A model generated the notes under the pieces. The model was not told the origin of the DNA and searched no databases. It saw only the letters and a program-made list of their open reading frames with translations. 64,000 bases of DNA. Source: Limnothrix sp. BL-A-16 (GTDB lineage: Bacteria > Cyanobacteriota > Cyanobacteriia > CACIAM-69d). The position numbers and the translations under genes were made by a program. The stretch spans positions 704,001 through 768,000 of the forward strand of contig CP166615.1 in the NCBI GenBank assembly GCA_041937175.2. Reading direction: 5' to 3'. The first letter of the stretch is position 1; every line of letters begins with the position of its first letter. This document shows, one piece after another, positions 30,832-41,839 of this stretch.

Positions 30832-32091
30832 CTAGCGAGCCGCCACCACAAAATCATCCGTGAGGGTCAGGTTCAGATTCGTTTCCGGTTGCACCACCAG
30901 CACATCAATGCTATTGCGACCCAAGAACCGTTCGATCAGGCTCAGGAGCGCACCGCCACCCGCACCGATCAGCAACTCTTCCGTGGCGATCGCCCGATCG
31001 CCCGTCACCGCCGAGATGGCCGCCGCCGCCGCCGTTCCGATCGCCGTGTTCTTCAGCAACCGGCCCAGGTCAGCCCCCTTGCGTACCGTTTCCGTTGTTG
31101 TAATCACACTGGACGTAGCCTTCAGGGATCGCGTTGAACCATCGGGCATCACAATTTCCTGCGCCACAAACTGCGTTGCCTTGTCGCCGGCCGGCCGCAG
31201 ATTGCCCTTCACTTGGCTGCCCGCCGGAATCAACACCTGACCCGTAGTGGTGGTGATGTTATTGCGCACATTAAAAGTCACCGGCAGGGTTTCATCCGGC
31301 ATCAGCAGAATTTTTTCCTTCATGTAGCTCACAGGAAGGGATGTGCCCGCCGCAATCCGATAGTTGGTGGCCACGGTTTGGGCATTGGCAATATAAGGCG
31401 AACTCAGAGCCGCCACTCGCCCTTCACTGGTCAAGGCTTGGTAGAGAAAAGCCGCCACTTCCGCTCGGGTGGCATTGCGCCCAGGGTTCAAATAGCTGAC
31501 GTTGGGATAGTTCACCACCATCCGTTTTTCAGTGGCGGCCGCGATCGGGCTGCGGGCAAAGTTGGAAATGGCCCCACTATCCGCAAAATTGCCTAAAACC
31601 TGTTCCGTGGGAGCCGCTGCTTGATAGTTCAAACCATTAGCCAGCGCAACCAAAACTTGTTCGCGCGGAATGTTTTGTTCCGGCAAGAAAATGCCATCGG
31701 GATAACCGGAAACAAAGCCCATCTCATAGGCGCGGCGAATGGCATCATAGGCCCAATGGCTGCTGGGCACATCCACAAAATTGATCGCGCTACGGATGCT
31801 GCCCCGTTGATAAACCTTGCGCAACATGGCTGAAAATTCTGCCCGAGTGACCGGTGCATCGGGGCGGAAAGTGCCATCGGGAAAACCCGCCAAAATGTTT
31901 TGAGAAACCAGCGCGCGAATGTAATCACTGGCCCAATGATTGGCAGGTACATCGGGGAATGAAATACTTTGAGCCACGGCCGGAGCAGGGGCAGCCAAAG
32001 GAGCAACCAGCATCGGGGTGATGGTGGTGACGTTCATCCCGAAGGTCATCAACAGAGCGGCGGCGGCTTTCCAGCGATTGCGATTCAGCAT
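30832..32091 (-). CDS. Secreted S-layer homology (SLH) domain protein
   Basis: Signal peptide; three SLH repeats (GFPDGTFRPDAPVTRAEF and similar); Gly/Ala-rich hydrophobic tail. Confidence 0.9.
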   Translation of the reverse strand: MLNRNRWKAAAALLMTFGMNVTTITPMLVAPLAAPAPAVAQSISFPDVPANHWASDYIRALVSQNILAGFPDGTFRPDAPVTRAEFSAMLRKVYQRGSIRSAINFVDVPSSHWAYDAIRRAYEMGFVSGYPDGIFLPEQNIPREQVLVALANGLNYQAAAPTEQVLGNFADSGAISNFARSPIAAATEKRMVVNYPNVSYLNPGRNATRAEVAAFLYQALTSEGRVAALSSPYIANAQTVATNYRIAAGTSLPVSYMKEKILLMPDETLPVTFNVRNNITTTTGQVLIPAGSQVKGNLRPAGDKATQFVAQEIVMPDGSTRSLKATSSVITTTETVRKGADLGRLLKNTAIGTAAAAAISAVTGDRAIATEELLIGAGGGALLSLIERFLGRNSIDVLVVQPETNLNLTLTDDFVVAAR

Positions 32092-32631
32092 GGTTTTAAA
32101 TCCTGAGGAGCGAACAGGGAACCCGATCGGGAGTCCCCTGAGAAAATTCTGGGAGAAGCCTTCTGTTGGCTTCTTTGACTACTTCTGAAAAGGGGGTTGA
32201 AATCCGGAGATCGGAGTGGTGGACAGTTGAAGAACTGGCAATTTTTAACTGGGCCAAGCTTTTCAAAATCACCAAATTCCATCTCAATTCGGAGTTTTCC
32301 TTTTTTTCCCTTTTCAGTTACTTCATCAGACAATTGCGGTTCCTAATTGGTTTCCTGGCATGGGCCAGTTACCAATCTGTCAAGTTTTCAACTACTTGAA
32401 GTAACGAATCAGGGTGTTGAATTTCCTGGTTTTGGAAGCTTGTGACAATTAAGAATTTGGATGTAAACCACTGAAAATTGAAGGGTTGATGAATAAAGGA
32501 TCAGGCGATTCTTGAATCAGAAATCGAAAGTGCAAAATCGAAAATAACCAATCCAACGGCTTGAATAGCGGTTAAGGAAGGGGCTGAATGACCCACCCAA
32601 TCTTTGGGCCGTTTATCCCGATATGAACTAA

Positions 32632-32834
32632 GGGGATCTCTGAAAAGCCAGAACTGTTACCTTGTGGATCTCGTCAACGGCAGAGACAAGGGGCTTAAGG
32701 GCAGAGACAAGGGGCTACCTTGTGGATCTCGTCAACGGCAGAGACAAGGGGCTTAAGGGCAGAGACAAGGGGCTACCTTGTGGATCTCGTCAACGGCAGA
32801 GACAAGGGGCTTAAGCCCCTTGCCCCCCCACGAC
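32632..32834 (+). mobile_element. Partial MITE-A variant with internal 58-bp tandem repeat
   Basis: TAA|GGGGATCTCTGAAAAGCC end; 58-bp units at 32658, 32716 and 32774; palindrome at about 32803; no second TIR seen. Confidence 0.8.
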
Positions 32835-32965
32835 AAATTGAGGCCCTAGCCCAGATCACAGAATGGTTGCCCGTGGGAGGCGATCGGGATTGGCCAACGG
32901 TTGCCCCACCGGGGAAGCAAAACCGCTAAAGTAGGAGCAACCTGCCATGTGGGAGCGGCTGCGCG

Positions 32966-34153
32966 ATGCCTGCTTTTTTGCCTCAAAATGCCGATCTTGT
33001 CCTGCGAGGGGCCCAATATCGCGATTTGGATGCGATCGCCCAGCTTGCGGCGGACTCAGCGGACTTTGACGGGCTAGGAAGCCCCTTGGAAACGGCGGGG
33101 GTGGATTGGTCGCGGCTGCGCACTTGGTATGGCTTATCGGCACTGGTGGAGATGATGGCTCCCAGCCAACGGCGGTTGCGGGCCAGCGTGGCCGAGCGCG
33201 ATCGGCGGGTTTGCGGGGCGATCGCGGTGATGCCCGTGAATCGATCGCGCAGCACTTGGCGTGTGAAGCAGGTGGCCGTGATGCCGGAATGTCGCAGCCA
33301 GGGCATTGGTTCCGAGCTGTTGCGCTACTGCTTTGAAACCATTTGGGAAGCACGCACCTGGATGCTGGAGGTGAATGTGCATGGCAAAGATGCCCTGGCA
33401 CTCTATCGCCAAAACGGATTCCAGCCGATCGCCCAGTTAACCTATTGGTCTATTCCGCCGGCCGCTCTCACGGCCCTGGCGGAGCGGGAACCGGACTTGC
33501 CCAACCTGATGCCGGTGGGCAATGCCGATGCACCCTTGCTTTACCAACTCGACACGGCGGCCATGCCCCCCCATGTGCGCCAGGCCTTTGATTTGCGCGT
33601 CGATGACTTCAAGGCGGATTGGTTGGCGGCCCTGGCGGACACTCGGCAGCGGATAGATGGGCTGGAAACCACGATGGGTTATGTGTTTGAACCCCAACGG
33701 AAAGCCGCGATCGGCTATTTCCAAGTGCGATCACACCGATATGCAGCGCTGCCCCATCGGGCGGAGTTAACCGTGCATCCGGCCTATACCTGGCTCTATC
33801 CCGAGTTGATGGCTCAAATGGCGCGGATTACCCGATCGCTCAATGCCGATTTGCCCCTGTTGCTGGCTTCTGCGGACTACCAACCGGAACGGGAAGCCTA
33901 TCTGGAAAGCATTGGGGCCGAGCGGTTTGAGCATTCTTTGCTGCTGTCGCGATCGGTTTGGCACAAGCTGCGGGAGACTCGATCGATCTCCTTGGATGCC
34001 CTGCAAGAGATGCTAAACGGCTGGCAACCGGCCAAACCGATGACCGGTGGCGGTCGGGTCTATTGGTCGAGTGCTTGGGATGGGCCCACCTTTGACCCGC
34101 CGGAAGACCCCCCGGAGAATCCCGAAACACCGGAGCCGCCCGCCCAATCCTGA
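32966..34153 (+). CDS. Tandem GNAT-family N-acetyltransferase
   Basis: VAVMPECRSQGIGSELL acetyl-CoA motif; ALALYRQNGFQ; second degenerate GNAT half. Confidence 0.88.
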   Translation: MPAFLPQNADLVLRGAQYRDLDAIAQLAADSADFDGLGSPLETAGVDWSRLRTWYGLSALVEMMAPSQRRLRASVAERDRRVCGAIAVMPVNRSRSTWRVKQVAVMPECRSQGIGSELLRYCFETIWEARTWMLEVNVHGKDALALYRQNGFQPIAQLTYWSIPPAALTALAEREPDLPNLMPVGNADAPLLYQLDTAAMPPHVRQAFDLRVDDFKADWLAALADTRQRIDGLETTMGYVFEPQRKAAIGYFQVRSHRYAALPHRAELTVHPAYTWLYPELMAQMARITRSLNADLPLLLASADYQPEREAYLESIGAERFEHSLLLSRSVWHKLRETRSISLDALQEMLNGWQPAKPMTGGGRVYWSSAWDGPTFDPPEDPPENPETPEPPAQS

Positions 34154-34210
34154 GCTAGTGCCTTAGAGCATGTCTGAGCAGTGACTTAGGGTACTGGCAA
34201 AGCACGAAGA

Positions 34211-34295
34211 GTCGTTGGGGCAAGGGGCTTAAGCCCCTTGTCTCTGCCGTTGATGAGATCCACAAGGTAACAGCGCTGGCTTTTTAGAGATCCGC
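34211..34295 (-). mobile_element. Partial MITE-A variant, inverted relative to the 32632 copy
   Basis: Reverse complement GCGGATCTCTAAAAAGCCAGCGCTGTTACCTTGTGGATCTCATCAACGGCAGAGACAAGGGGCTTAAGCCCCTTG closely matches 32632 onward. Confidence 0.82.
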
Positions 34296-35027
34296 TTAGC
34301 CCATGTCGGGATAGGCGGCCCACAGATCGGTGGTTTCGCGCAGGCTGCGAAATTCCCCATAGCCCACCACCAAATGATCCAACAGCGGCAGCTCCAGAAA
34401 ATGGGCCCCCGCCAAAAGCTGCTGCGTGAGGGTCAAGTCCTCAGGGCTGGGGGTTAGGTCGCCCGAGGGGTGATTGTGGGCCACAATGCAGGCGGCAGCG
34501 CCCTGGCGAATCAGCTCCCGAAAAATATCGCGAGGATGGGCTAGGGTTTGGGTTTCCGTCCCGATCGTCAGGACTTGGGTGGCTAGGAGTCGATTTTTGG
34601 GATCTAACAACAACAGGGCGAACCGTTCCTGAGGTTGCCACATCAAGTCTTGACTGAGGGCAGTGGCGGCGGCGGCTGGGGTATCGATTACGGCGCGATC
34701 GAGCGGTCGGGTTTGCAAAATCCGCTTGCCCAACTCGACCGCTGCCAAAATCGCCGTAGCCTTGGCATCGCCCACCCCGTGAATTTGGGTCAGTTCCGCC
34801 AAGGACGCATCGCGCAAGACGGCCAGCGGATCCTGGCGATCGCCCCCCAAGGTTTGCAAAATCAGTTGCCCCAACCCCACGGCGGAGAGTTTGCCCGGCC
34901 CTTGACCCGTGCCCAGCAAAATAGCCAACAGTTCCGCATTCGAGAGGCTGCGGGGGCCAAAGGCGGCCAACCGCTCCCGGGGGCGTTCTGTGGCCGGTAG
35001 ATCCTGAATCCGAGGGTTGTAGGTCAT
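34296..35027 (-). CDS. radC: RadC family JAB-domain protein
   Basis: [17 protein letters not shown], HhH motif [22 protein letters not shown] and LLDH. Confidence 0.94.
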   Translation of the reverse strand: MTYNPRIQDLPATERPRERLAAFGPRSLSNAELLAILLGTGQGPGKLSAVGLGQLILQTLGGDRQDPLAVLRDASLAELTQIHGVGDAKATAILAAVELGKRILQTRPLDRAVIDTPAAAATALSQDLMWQPQERFALLLLDPKNRLLATQVLTIGTETQTLAHPRDIFRELIRQGAAACIVAHNHPSGDLTPSPEDLTLTQQLLAGAHFLELPLLDHLVVGYGEFRSLRETTDLWAAYPDMG

Positions 35028-35217
35028 AGGGCTGACATTTTGACCGCCCTTTATGATACTGAAAACCACTGCCACAAAAGCAGGATAAACCTCTAATATC
35101 TCCGGTATTTCCGAGATTTTTGCAAGCCGAGGCAGGATATACAACGGCCCGACAAGATCGGCTTTGGGGCGATCGCCTCGGATTGACCCCGATCGATTCA
35201 GATCGTTGTCAATCGAC

Positions 35218-37902
35218 TCAAGATGATCGGGGGCGATCGATCAGCAAATTGCTGTAGGGGCCCGGTCGCAGCCGCACGGCCAAGGCTTGACCCAAATCGC
35301 CCAAACAGCCCAACCACCGATCATCCAAGGGAGCAGCGGCCATGGATCCTTGCCACCAAAAAAAGAGCCGTTCCTGCGCTAAATCTAGATCCAACGTGAG
35401 TTGAAGCGATCGACTCAAGCGGGTGAGTCGATCGATCGCATCCACGGCCACCCGTAGCCCGCCCAGGGACTGCTCTGGATCGGCGGCAGAATGCCCGCTC
35501 AGTTCCGTTTCCACCAGACCAATCGCCCGTTCCAGCAACCGCTCGATCGCCCTCGTGACCCAAGGGGCAATTTCCAATCCATCCAATTGACAGTGCAGGC
35601 GTTGGGCTTCGGCGGCCACCGCTTCCAACTCCGTCAGCGTTCCCGGCCCGGCCTCGATCGCTGCTAGGGGCCAAGTTTCCAACTCGCCGGCCAACCGTTG
35701 CACCAAGGACAACACCCGCTGACCCAAGGCCAACTCCGCCGCCACCTGTAATTCGCGGGGAACCGGCAACGCATCTCGATAAAACCGGGTCATGATCCCG
35801 CAGTTGTCGCGATAGGCGCGATCGTACAGCGTATCCAGCCGCGTTGTGGTTTCTTGAACCAGCAACCGCATCAGCCGATCGCGATCCTCCGCACAGAGAT
35901 CCGCCAAGGCAAATCCCCGGGACTGGCCGCCCATGGTGGCACTTAAGGCCAACACCACCTGGGCTGCACTGGCAGACTCCAGCGCCGCAAGCAGCCGCTC
36001 CTTCAGCTTGCTGTAGGCTAATCGGCCTTGGAACGGCTGCACACAACAGTGAAAATCCCAACCGCCCAAGTGCAAGGCTCCAAAGACAAAATGGGCGGAC
36101 TCGCCCGCGATATCCGAAGTCACCACCAACTCGCCCACGGCCAACGCCAAGGATCCCAGCCGTTGTAATTGGTAATCCTGCTGTTCGATCGTGTAGCAAT
36201 AGGCTCGGCTTTGGCGCGGTTGGTTGGGAATCAAAGAGCCGATCGCGTGGGCCGCCACCACCTGCTCAAAACTGACATGATCATCCAAAACCAACTGTCG
36301 ATAAACCTCCGCCCCGTCGCCAAATTCCGGCACGTTGCTGGGAGCCGCCGCCAGTTGGGCCACAAAGTCCGGCTCCAAATTCACGCCGGCCACTTCGGCC
36401 GCCAACTCGATCGCCCGGCTGGCATAGCGCAAAATCTGCACCCCTTCCGGGCGGGAAATTTCCTCAAAAAACCAGCCGCAACTGGTGAACATCAACAGGG
36501 CGTGGCGCTGCATTTCCAACAACCGCAGGGCATCGATTCGCTCCTGGGCTGACAGGGGGCGGGCCCGATGACGTTCCAAAAACGCTGTAATCCGATCGGG
36601 CGATCGATCCAAAACCAACTCGATATATTCATCGCGGGCCTGCCAAGGATCCCGCAACAGCGGAGTGGCATAGCGTTCAAACACCGTCACCAGTCGATCG
36701 CGCAAATAATTCAAACTGTCTCGCAACGGTCGCCGCCAGCGCTGGTGCCAGCCGCCGCCCCCGCCACAACCGCAATCGTCCTGCCAGCGATCGACCCCGT
36801 GGGAACAGCTCCAGGCCGTCACCGGCTTCATTTCCACCTCCCACTCCGGCGGGTGCAGGCTCAAGTAATGGGCAAAATTGGTGGTACACCAGCCCCGTCC
36901 CGGAAACTCCATGGTGAGGGCATAGGCCAAGCATTTTTCCTTATCGCGCTTGTGGTGACCGAAGGTTTCCCCATCGGTGGCCACGGAAATCACCTGGCTG
37001 GGGCGATCGGCCCGCACCGCCGATCCCAACCGATCGGCAAAGGAAGCGGCACTGGTTAGCACATCGCCAAAACCCATGTCGCCGGAAATCGGCCCATCGT
37101 AGAAAAACAGATCAATGTAGCGATCGCGGGCCAAGGTGGCCACCGGATCCGAAGGCGCTTCTGGGGCGATCGGCTCCGGTTTCCCGCCCTTGGGCACAAA
37201 GCACCGATAGGATCGCGTGGGGTCAATTTGCCCCGATCCCACATCCACCCAATCCGGCTCCGGATCGGCTTCCGTGGGTAGCGGCCGGCAGCGCTGGGCC
37301 TGGGATGGGGCAAAAATGACAAACTTAATGCCCTCATCGATCAGCACATCAAGGGTGGCGTAATCCACGGCTGTTTCCGCCAGCCAAATGCCTTCGGGTG
37401 AGCGACCAAAGCGCGATCGAAAATCCGCCACGCCCCATCGCACCTGGGTTTGCTTATCCCGCCGATTGGCCAGGGGCATGATGATGTGGTTATAGACCTG
37501 AGCGATCGCGTTGCCATGGCCCCCCAACCGCTTCACACTCAGGCGATCGCCCTCCAAAATTCGAGCATAGGTGGCCGGATCAAACCGCTCCAACCAACTC
37601 AGCAGCGTTGGCCCCGCATTGAAGCTCATCCACTCAAAATTGTTCACCAGCCCCACGATCGCTCCCGAATCATTAAAAATTCGGGCGAAGGCATTGGGTC
37701 GATAGCATTCCCGATAAACCCGCTCATTCCAGTCGTGGCAAGGGGCCGCGCTGGGCTGCCGCACGATTGCCTCCAGATAGGGATTTTCGCGCGGGGGTTG
37801 ATAGAAATGCCCATGCACCACCACATAAACCCCAGAAGCGGGGCGATCGGGCATGGGCGAAACGGGAACTGCGACGGTACCTTCGTTCGATCGTTTTGCC
37901 AT
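35218..37902 (-). CDS. Glycoside hydrolase family 57 protein with DUF3536-type C-terminus
   Basis: [40 protein letters not shown] and [11 protein letters not shown]. Confidence 0.9.
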   Translation of the reverse strand: MAKRSNEGTVAVPVSPMPDRPASGVYVVVHGHFYQPPRENPYLEAIVRQPSAAPCHDWNERVYRECYRPNAFARIFNDSGAIVGLVNNFEWMSFNAGPTLLSWLERFDPATYARILEGDRLSVKRLGGHGNAIAQVYNHIIMPLANRRDKQTQVRWGVADFRSRFGRSPEGIWLAETAVDYATLDVLIDEGIKFVIFAPSQAQRCRPLPTEADPEPDWVDVGSGQIDPTRSYRCFVPKGGKPEPIAPEAPSDPVATLARDRYIDLFFYDGPISGDMGFGDVLTSAASFADRLGSAVRADRPSQVISVATDGETFGHHKRDKEKCLAYALTMEFPGRGWCTTNFAHYLSLHPPEWEVEMKPVTAWSCSHGVDRWQDDCGCGGGGGWHQRWRRPLRDSLNYLRDRLVTVFERYATPLLRDPWQARDEYIELVLDRSPDRITAFLERHRARPLSAQERIDALRLLEMQRHALLMFTSCGWFFEEISRPEGVQILRYASRAIELAAEVAGVNLEPDFVAQLAAAPSNVPEFGDGAEVYRQLVLDDHVSFEQVVAAHAIGSLIPNQPRQSRAYCYTIEQQDYQLQRLGSLALAVGELVVTSDIAGESAHFVFGALHLGGWDFHCCVQPFQGRLAYSKLKERLLAALESASAAQVVLALSATMGGQSRGFALADLCAEDRDRLMRLLVQETTTRLDTLYDRAYRDNCGIMTRFYRDALPVPRELQVAAELALGQRVLSLVQRLAGELETWPLAAIEAGPGTLTELEAVAAEAQRLHCQLDGLEIAPWVTRAIERLLERAIGLVETELSGHSAADPEQSLGGLRVAVDAIDRLTRLSRSLQLTLDLDLAQERLFFWWQGSMAAAPLDDRWLGCLGDLGQALAVRLRPGPYSNLLIDRPRSS

Positions 37903-38232
37903 CCCCAAGCTCCTCAGCGCCAATTTCCGGTTGATTAACCCTCTAGCGGTTTAACACAAGCGCCGATCTTCCGCAAAATCTCGCTCGATTTGTCCCATGG
38001 TTCCGTCTTGGGCGATCGGTTGGCAGCTCCTGATCCCCTGTCAAAGCGCCCGCAGGCACTCAGCAATTGGTGCGGGCTATGATTGACCCAATCCCATGGT
38101 GAGGATCAAGCAAGCTAATCTTGGCCAGCGCCCCTGTGGCACAATGGCGACAATCGCCCCCATCGTCTAGGGTCATTAAACCCGAGGGCAGATTGCTCGG
38201 TTTCTTGCTCGTTATCTCGTCTGTGGTTTCCC

Positions 38233-39552
38233 ATGTCTGAAGCATCTTCGGCCAGCGTTGCCCGTGCGGCAGCCTTCCAAAAAGCCTTCCAAAACTTGCA
38301 GCTTCAACCCCTGGTGGCCGATCAGGATTGGAAAAACTTTGGGGTGAGCTACAACGATCGCTGCTTGGCGGAATTGGAGCAGCTCGTGGAAGACAGCACC
38401 GAGCCAGACAATCAGTTCATCTTTGCGGGCCATCGGGGCTGCGGCAAATCCACGGTTTTGGCTGAATTTGCCAAGATGATGAGCGATCGCTATTTCACGG
38501 TCTTTTTCTCGATCGCGGATTTGATCGAAAGTTACTCGATCAATCACATCAATATTTTGTTCACCATGGCCGTGCAATTGATGGCCAAGGCTGAATCCGA
38601 GAAAATCGCGATTTCGCCCAGCAAGATCAAAGCCTTTCGCAATTGGTTTAAAACCCGCACCCACATCGAAGAAGCATCGGTCAGTGGTGAAGCAGAAGTG
38701 GGCTTTGATTTGTTCGGCTTGCTGAAAACCAAGCTGAAGACCGATGCCAAAATGCGCGAAGAAATCAAGACTGAATTTACAAAAGACCTTCGAGACTTAA
38801 TCGATACGATCAATAATATCGCCACAGAAATTCAGCTTGCTAGTGGTCGCAAAATTCTGGCGGTGATTGATGATCTAGACAAGCTGGAACTGACGCAGAT
38901 TGACGAGATTTTTTATCGGAACCTGAAAGCGCTGCTCGAACCCAACTTCACGGTGATTTATACGATCCCGATCGCCACAATTCGTGATACCCGGCTGAAG
39001 AGTCATCTGGAAACGGAAACTAGTACCAGTATTTACGTGATGCCCGTGTTGAAGCTGTTTGCCAAGCACGACAGTCATCGGGCCGATGGTCAGCCCGTGC
39101 CTGAAAAATTCAAGACCCTATTGCAAATTCTTCATCGCCGGGTTGCGCCAGATTTATTGGCTGAGGGAGTGGCTGAAACAATTGTGCTCTATAGCGGCGG
39201 AGTCAATCGCGAGTTGATTCGGATTGCCAAGGAATGTTGTCGATTAATGCGGGTAGAATTGCGAGTGCGACAACGGCGAGGCGAAGACATTAGCCAAACC
39301 CAAATCGATCAGAGCATTTTGCAAGAGGCGCTGGATTCGCTGCGTAATGAAATGTCGATTACGCTGGGCAAAACCGATCGCGAAATTTTGGAGCAAATCT
39401 ATTGCAACTACCAGCCGGATGATCCAAAAGCCGAAGAGTTCTTGGAGATGCTCCATGGTGTGTATGTGATCGAATATCGCAACAAAGAAAGCTGGTATGA
39501 TGTGCATCCTTTGCTAATAGATCAGTTGCGCATTGAGCAGCGAATTGGCTGA
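38233..39552 (+). CDS. P-loop NTPase (STAND/KAP/archaeal-ATPase-like)
   Basis: Walker A GHRGCGKS; Walker B LAVIDDLDK; SGGVNRE; C-terminal IEYRN..WYDVHPLL. Confidence 0.82.
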   Translation: MSEASSASVARAAAFQKAFQNLQLQPLVADQDWKNFGVSYNDRCLAELEQLVEDSTEPDNQFIFAGHRGCGKSTVLAEFAKMMSDRYFTVFFSIADLIESYSINHINILFTMAVQLMAKAESEKIAISPSKIKAFRNWFKTRTHIEEASVSGEAEVGFDLFGLLKTKLKTDAKMREEIKTEFTKDLRDLIDTINNIATEIQLASGRKILAVIDDLDKLELTQIDEIFYRNLKALLEPNFTVIYTIPIATIRDTRLKSHLETETSTSIYVMPVLKLFAKHDSHRADGQPVPEKFKTLLQILHRRVAPDLLAEGVAETIVLYSGGVNRELIRIAKECCRLMRVELRVRQRRGEDISQTQIDQSILQEALDSLRNEMSITLGKTDREILEQIYCNYQPDDPKAEEFLEMLHGVYVIEYRNKESWYDVHPLLIDQLRIEQRIG

Positions 39553-41621
39553 TGAATCCTGACGACCGGCCAGAAACAACCAACGGGAACGATCGCACCT
39601 ACGATCGCCTAATTGCCTCCTTGGAAATGGGGCTGGGGCAATTGCAGGTGCTGTTGGCCAGTTGCGACCACGATCGCCAACGACTGGCTTGGATCGATCG
39701 CTACGAAGCGGAACTGCAAGGCCAAGCCCAGCCGTTGCGAGTGCGGTTGGATGCGACGGAACCCAGCTTGCATCAGGCCGTGGCCCAAGCCTTGGCTGAT
39801 GTGACTGACCCCAGCTTGCCGATCGTGGTGACGGTGACGGGCAGCGAGGCACTGGGCTTGACGGGGCCGGAGCCGATCGAGAAATTCCTAGGCTATTTGC
39901 AGTGGACGCGGGAGGCGTTGCGGGAGTTTGCCTTGCCGATCGTGCTGTGGTTGCCGGAGCGGCTGTTGCCGGAGCTGCCCAGAAAGGCCCCGGACTTTTG
40001 GAGCTGGCGCGATGGTGTGTTTTTGTTCAAGGTGGTGACTCAGGCAGCGGTCAGCCCTTCCGAGATCATCCCGGAGCGGATCGAGCCGCGAGCCTCAGAC
40101 AGCAACGATGCAGGCAGCCTGTCGATCGCGGACTTGGAAGCTTCTTTGGCCGCCGCCGAAACCCAGCTTGGCCCCAACAGCCTGGCCGTGGCGGATTTGT
40201 TGCGACAGTTGGGCGATCGCTATGCCGATCGCTATCGAGCGGGTCGGGGACCCGAGGAAGCGATTCCCGCCGAAGCCTACTACCAACGGGCGATCGCGCT
40301 CTACGAAACCCACGAGCGATCGGCGGATCTGGCCACCAGCCTCAACAACTTGGCAGGACTCTACGAATCCCAGGGACGATACGAGGCAGCGGAACCCCTC
40401 TACCAGCGATCGCTGGAAATCTGGGAGCAAGGGCTGGGAGCCGACCATCCCCTCACCGCCACCAGCCTCAACAACTTGGCAGGACTCTACTCATCCCAGG
40501 GACGGTACGAGGCAGCGGAACCCCTCTACCGGCGATCGCTGGAAATCCGTGAGCGATTGCTGGGAGCCGACCATCCCGCCACCGCCACCAGCCTCAACAA
40601 CTTGGCAGAACTCTATCGATCTCAGGGACGGTACGAGGCAGCGGAACCCCTCTACCGGCGATCGCTGGAAATCTGGGAGCAAGGGCTGGGAGCCGACCAT
40701 CCCGACACCGCCACCAGCCTCAACAACTTGGCAAACCTCTACTCATCCCAGGGACGGTACGAAGCAGCGGAACCCCTCTACCGGCGATCGCTGGAAATCA
40801 AAGAGCAAGTGCTGGGAGCCGACCATCCCGACACCGCCACCAGCCTCAACAACTTGGCAGGACTCTACAATTCCCAGGGACGGTACGAGGCCGCGGAACC
40901 CCTCTACCGGCGAGCGCTAGAAATCCATGAGCGATTGCTGGGAGCCGACCATCCCGCCACCGCCACCAGCCTCAACAACTTGGCAGGACTCTATCGATCC
41001 CAGGGACGGTACGAAGCAGCGGAACCCCTCTACCGGCGATCGCTGGAAATCAAAGAGCAAGTGCTGGGAGCCGACCATCCCGACACCGCCACCAGCCTCA
41101 ACAACTTGGCAGGACTCTACAATTCCCAGGGACGGTACGAGGCCGCGGAACCCCTCTACCGGCGAGCGCTAGAAATCCATGAGCAAGTTCTAGGAGCCGA
41201 CCATCCCCACACCGCCACCAGCCTCAACAACTTGGCAGGACTCTACAAATCCCAGGGACGGTACGAGGCAGCAGAACCCCTCTACCGGCGATCCCTGGAA
41301 ATCCGTGAGCAAATGCTGGGAGCCGACCATCCCGACACCGCCAACAGCCTCAACAACTTGGCAAACCTCTATCGATCCCAGGGACGGTACGAGGCAGCGG
41401 AACCTCTCTACCTCCGCTGCTTGGAGATTTGTCTAGAAAAACTCGGTCAAGACCATCCCAACACCCAAACCGTCCAGAAAAATTTCCGCAGACTCGTGCA
41501 AGCCGTCCTCAAAGCCGGTGGCGCAAGCCTTGCGGAGCAATCTCGTGCCGCCGAACTTTCCGACCATCCCCTCACCCAAGCCATCCTGCAAGAACTCACC
41601 GCCCCACCCGAAACCCCGTAG
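39552..41621 (+). CDS. Protein with N-terminal alpha/beta domain and nine near-identical 42-aa TPR repeats
   Basis: TGATG overlap with the ATPase gene; repeat HPxTATSLNNLAxLYxSQGRYEAAEPLYRRSLEIxExxLGAD. Confidence 0.9.
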   Translation: MNPDDRPETTNGNDRTYDRLIASLEMGLGQLQVLLASCDHDRQRLAWIDRYEAELQGQAQPLRVRLDATEPSLHQAVAQALADVTDPSLPIVVTVTGSEALGLTGPEPIEKFLGYLQWTREALREFALPIVLWLPERLLPELPRKAPDFWSWRDGVFLFKVVTQAAVSPSEIIPERIEPRASDSNDAGSLSIADLEASLAAAETQLGPNSLAVADLLRQLGDRYADRYRAGRGPEEAIPAEAYYQRAIALYETHERSADLATSLNNLAGLYESQGRYEAAEPLYQRSLEIWEQGLGADHPLTATSLNNLAGLYSSQGRYEAAEPLYRRSLEIRERLLGADHPATATSLNNLAELYRSQGRYEAAEPLYRRSLEIWEQGLGADHPDTATSLNNLANLYSSQGRYEAAEPLYRRSLEIKEQVLGADHPDTATSLNNLAGLYNSQGRYEAAEPLYRRALEIHERLLGADHPATATSLNNLAGLYRSQGRYEAAEPLYRRSLEIKEQVLGADHPDTATSLNNLAGLYNSQGRYEAAEPLYRRALEIHEQVLGADHPHTATSLNNLAGLYKSQGRYEAAEPLYRRSLEIREQMLGADHPDTANSLNNLANLYRSQGRYEAAEPLYLRCLEICLEKLGQDHPNTQTVQKNFRRLVQAVLKAGGASLAEQSRAAELSDHPLTQAILQELTAPPETP
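40320..41460 (+). repeat. 126-bp coding tandem repeat, 9 units
   Basis: CAGCCTCAACAACTTGGCA recurs every 126 bp. Confidence 0.97.
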
Positions 41622-41839
41622 GGGAGCATCGCCATGTGTCCTCCGATATGCGAGATCTCCGAGGGGCAATTCGTCTCCAGCGATGAGGATCGCGCCCAAG
41701 CCAAACTCTGAAACCGTCAGTGGTTGAACACCGCTTCTCCCCCCGCTGCCACAGGGGAGGGAATCTGGCAGGAGGCGATTTTCACAGCGGTTGTTTTATA
41801 AGATGGCTGTCTGGTCGCTTCATTGACCCGCTCCTAGCC

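Noticed and set aside
34296..35027. radC as a marker of a mobile element
   Set aside because: Full-length HhH+JAB chromosomal type among core genes.
40320..41460. Diversity-generating retroelement as the cause of TPR variation
   Set aside because: No reverse transcriptase or non-coding template repeat in the window; variation follows block shuffling.
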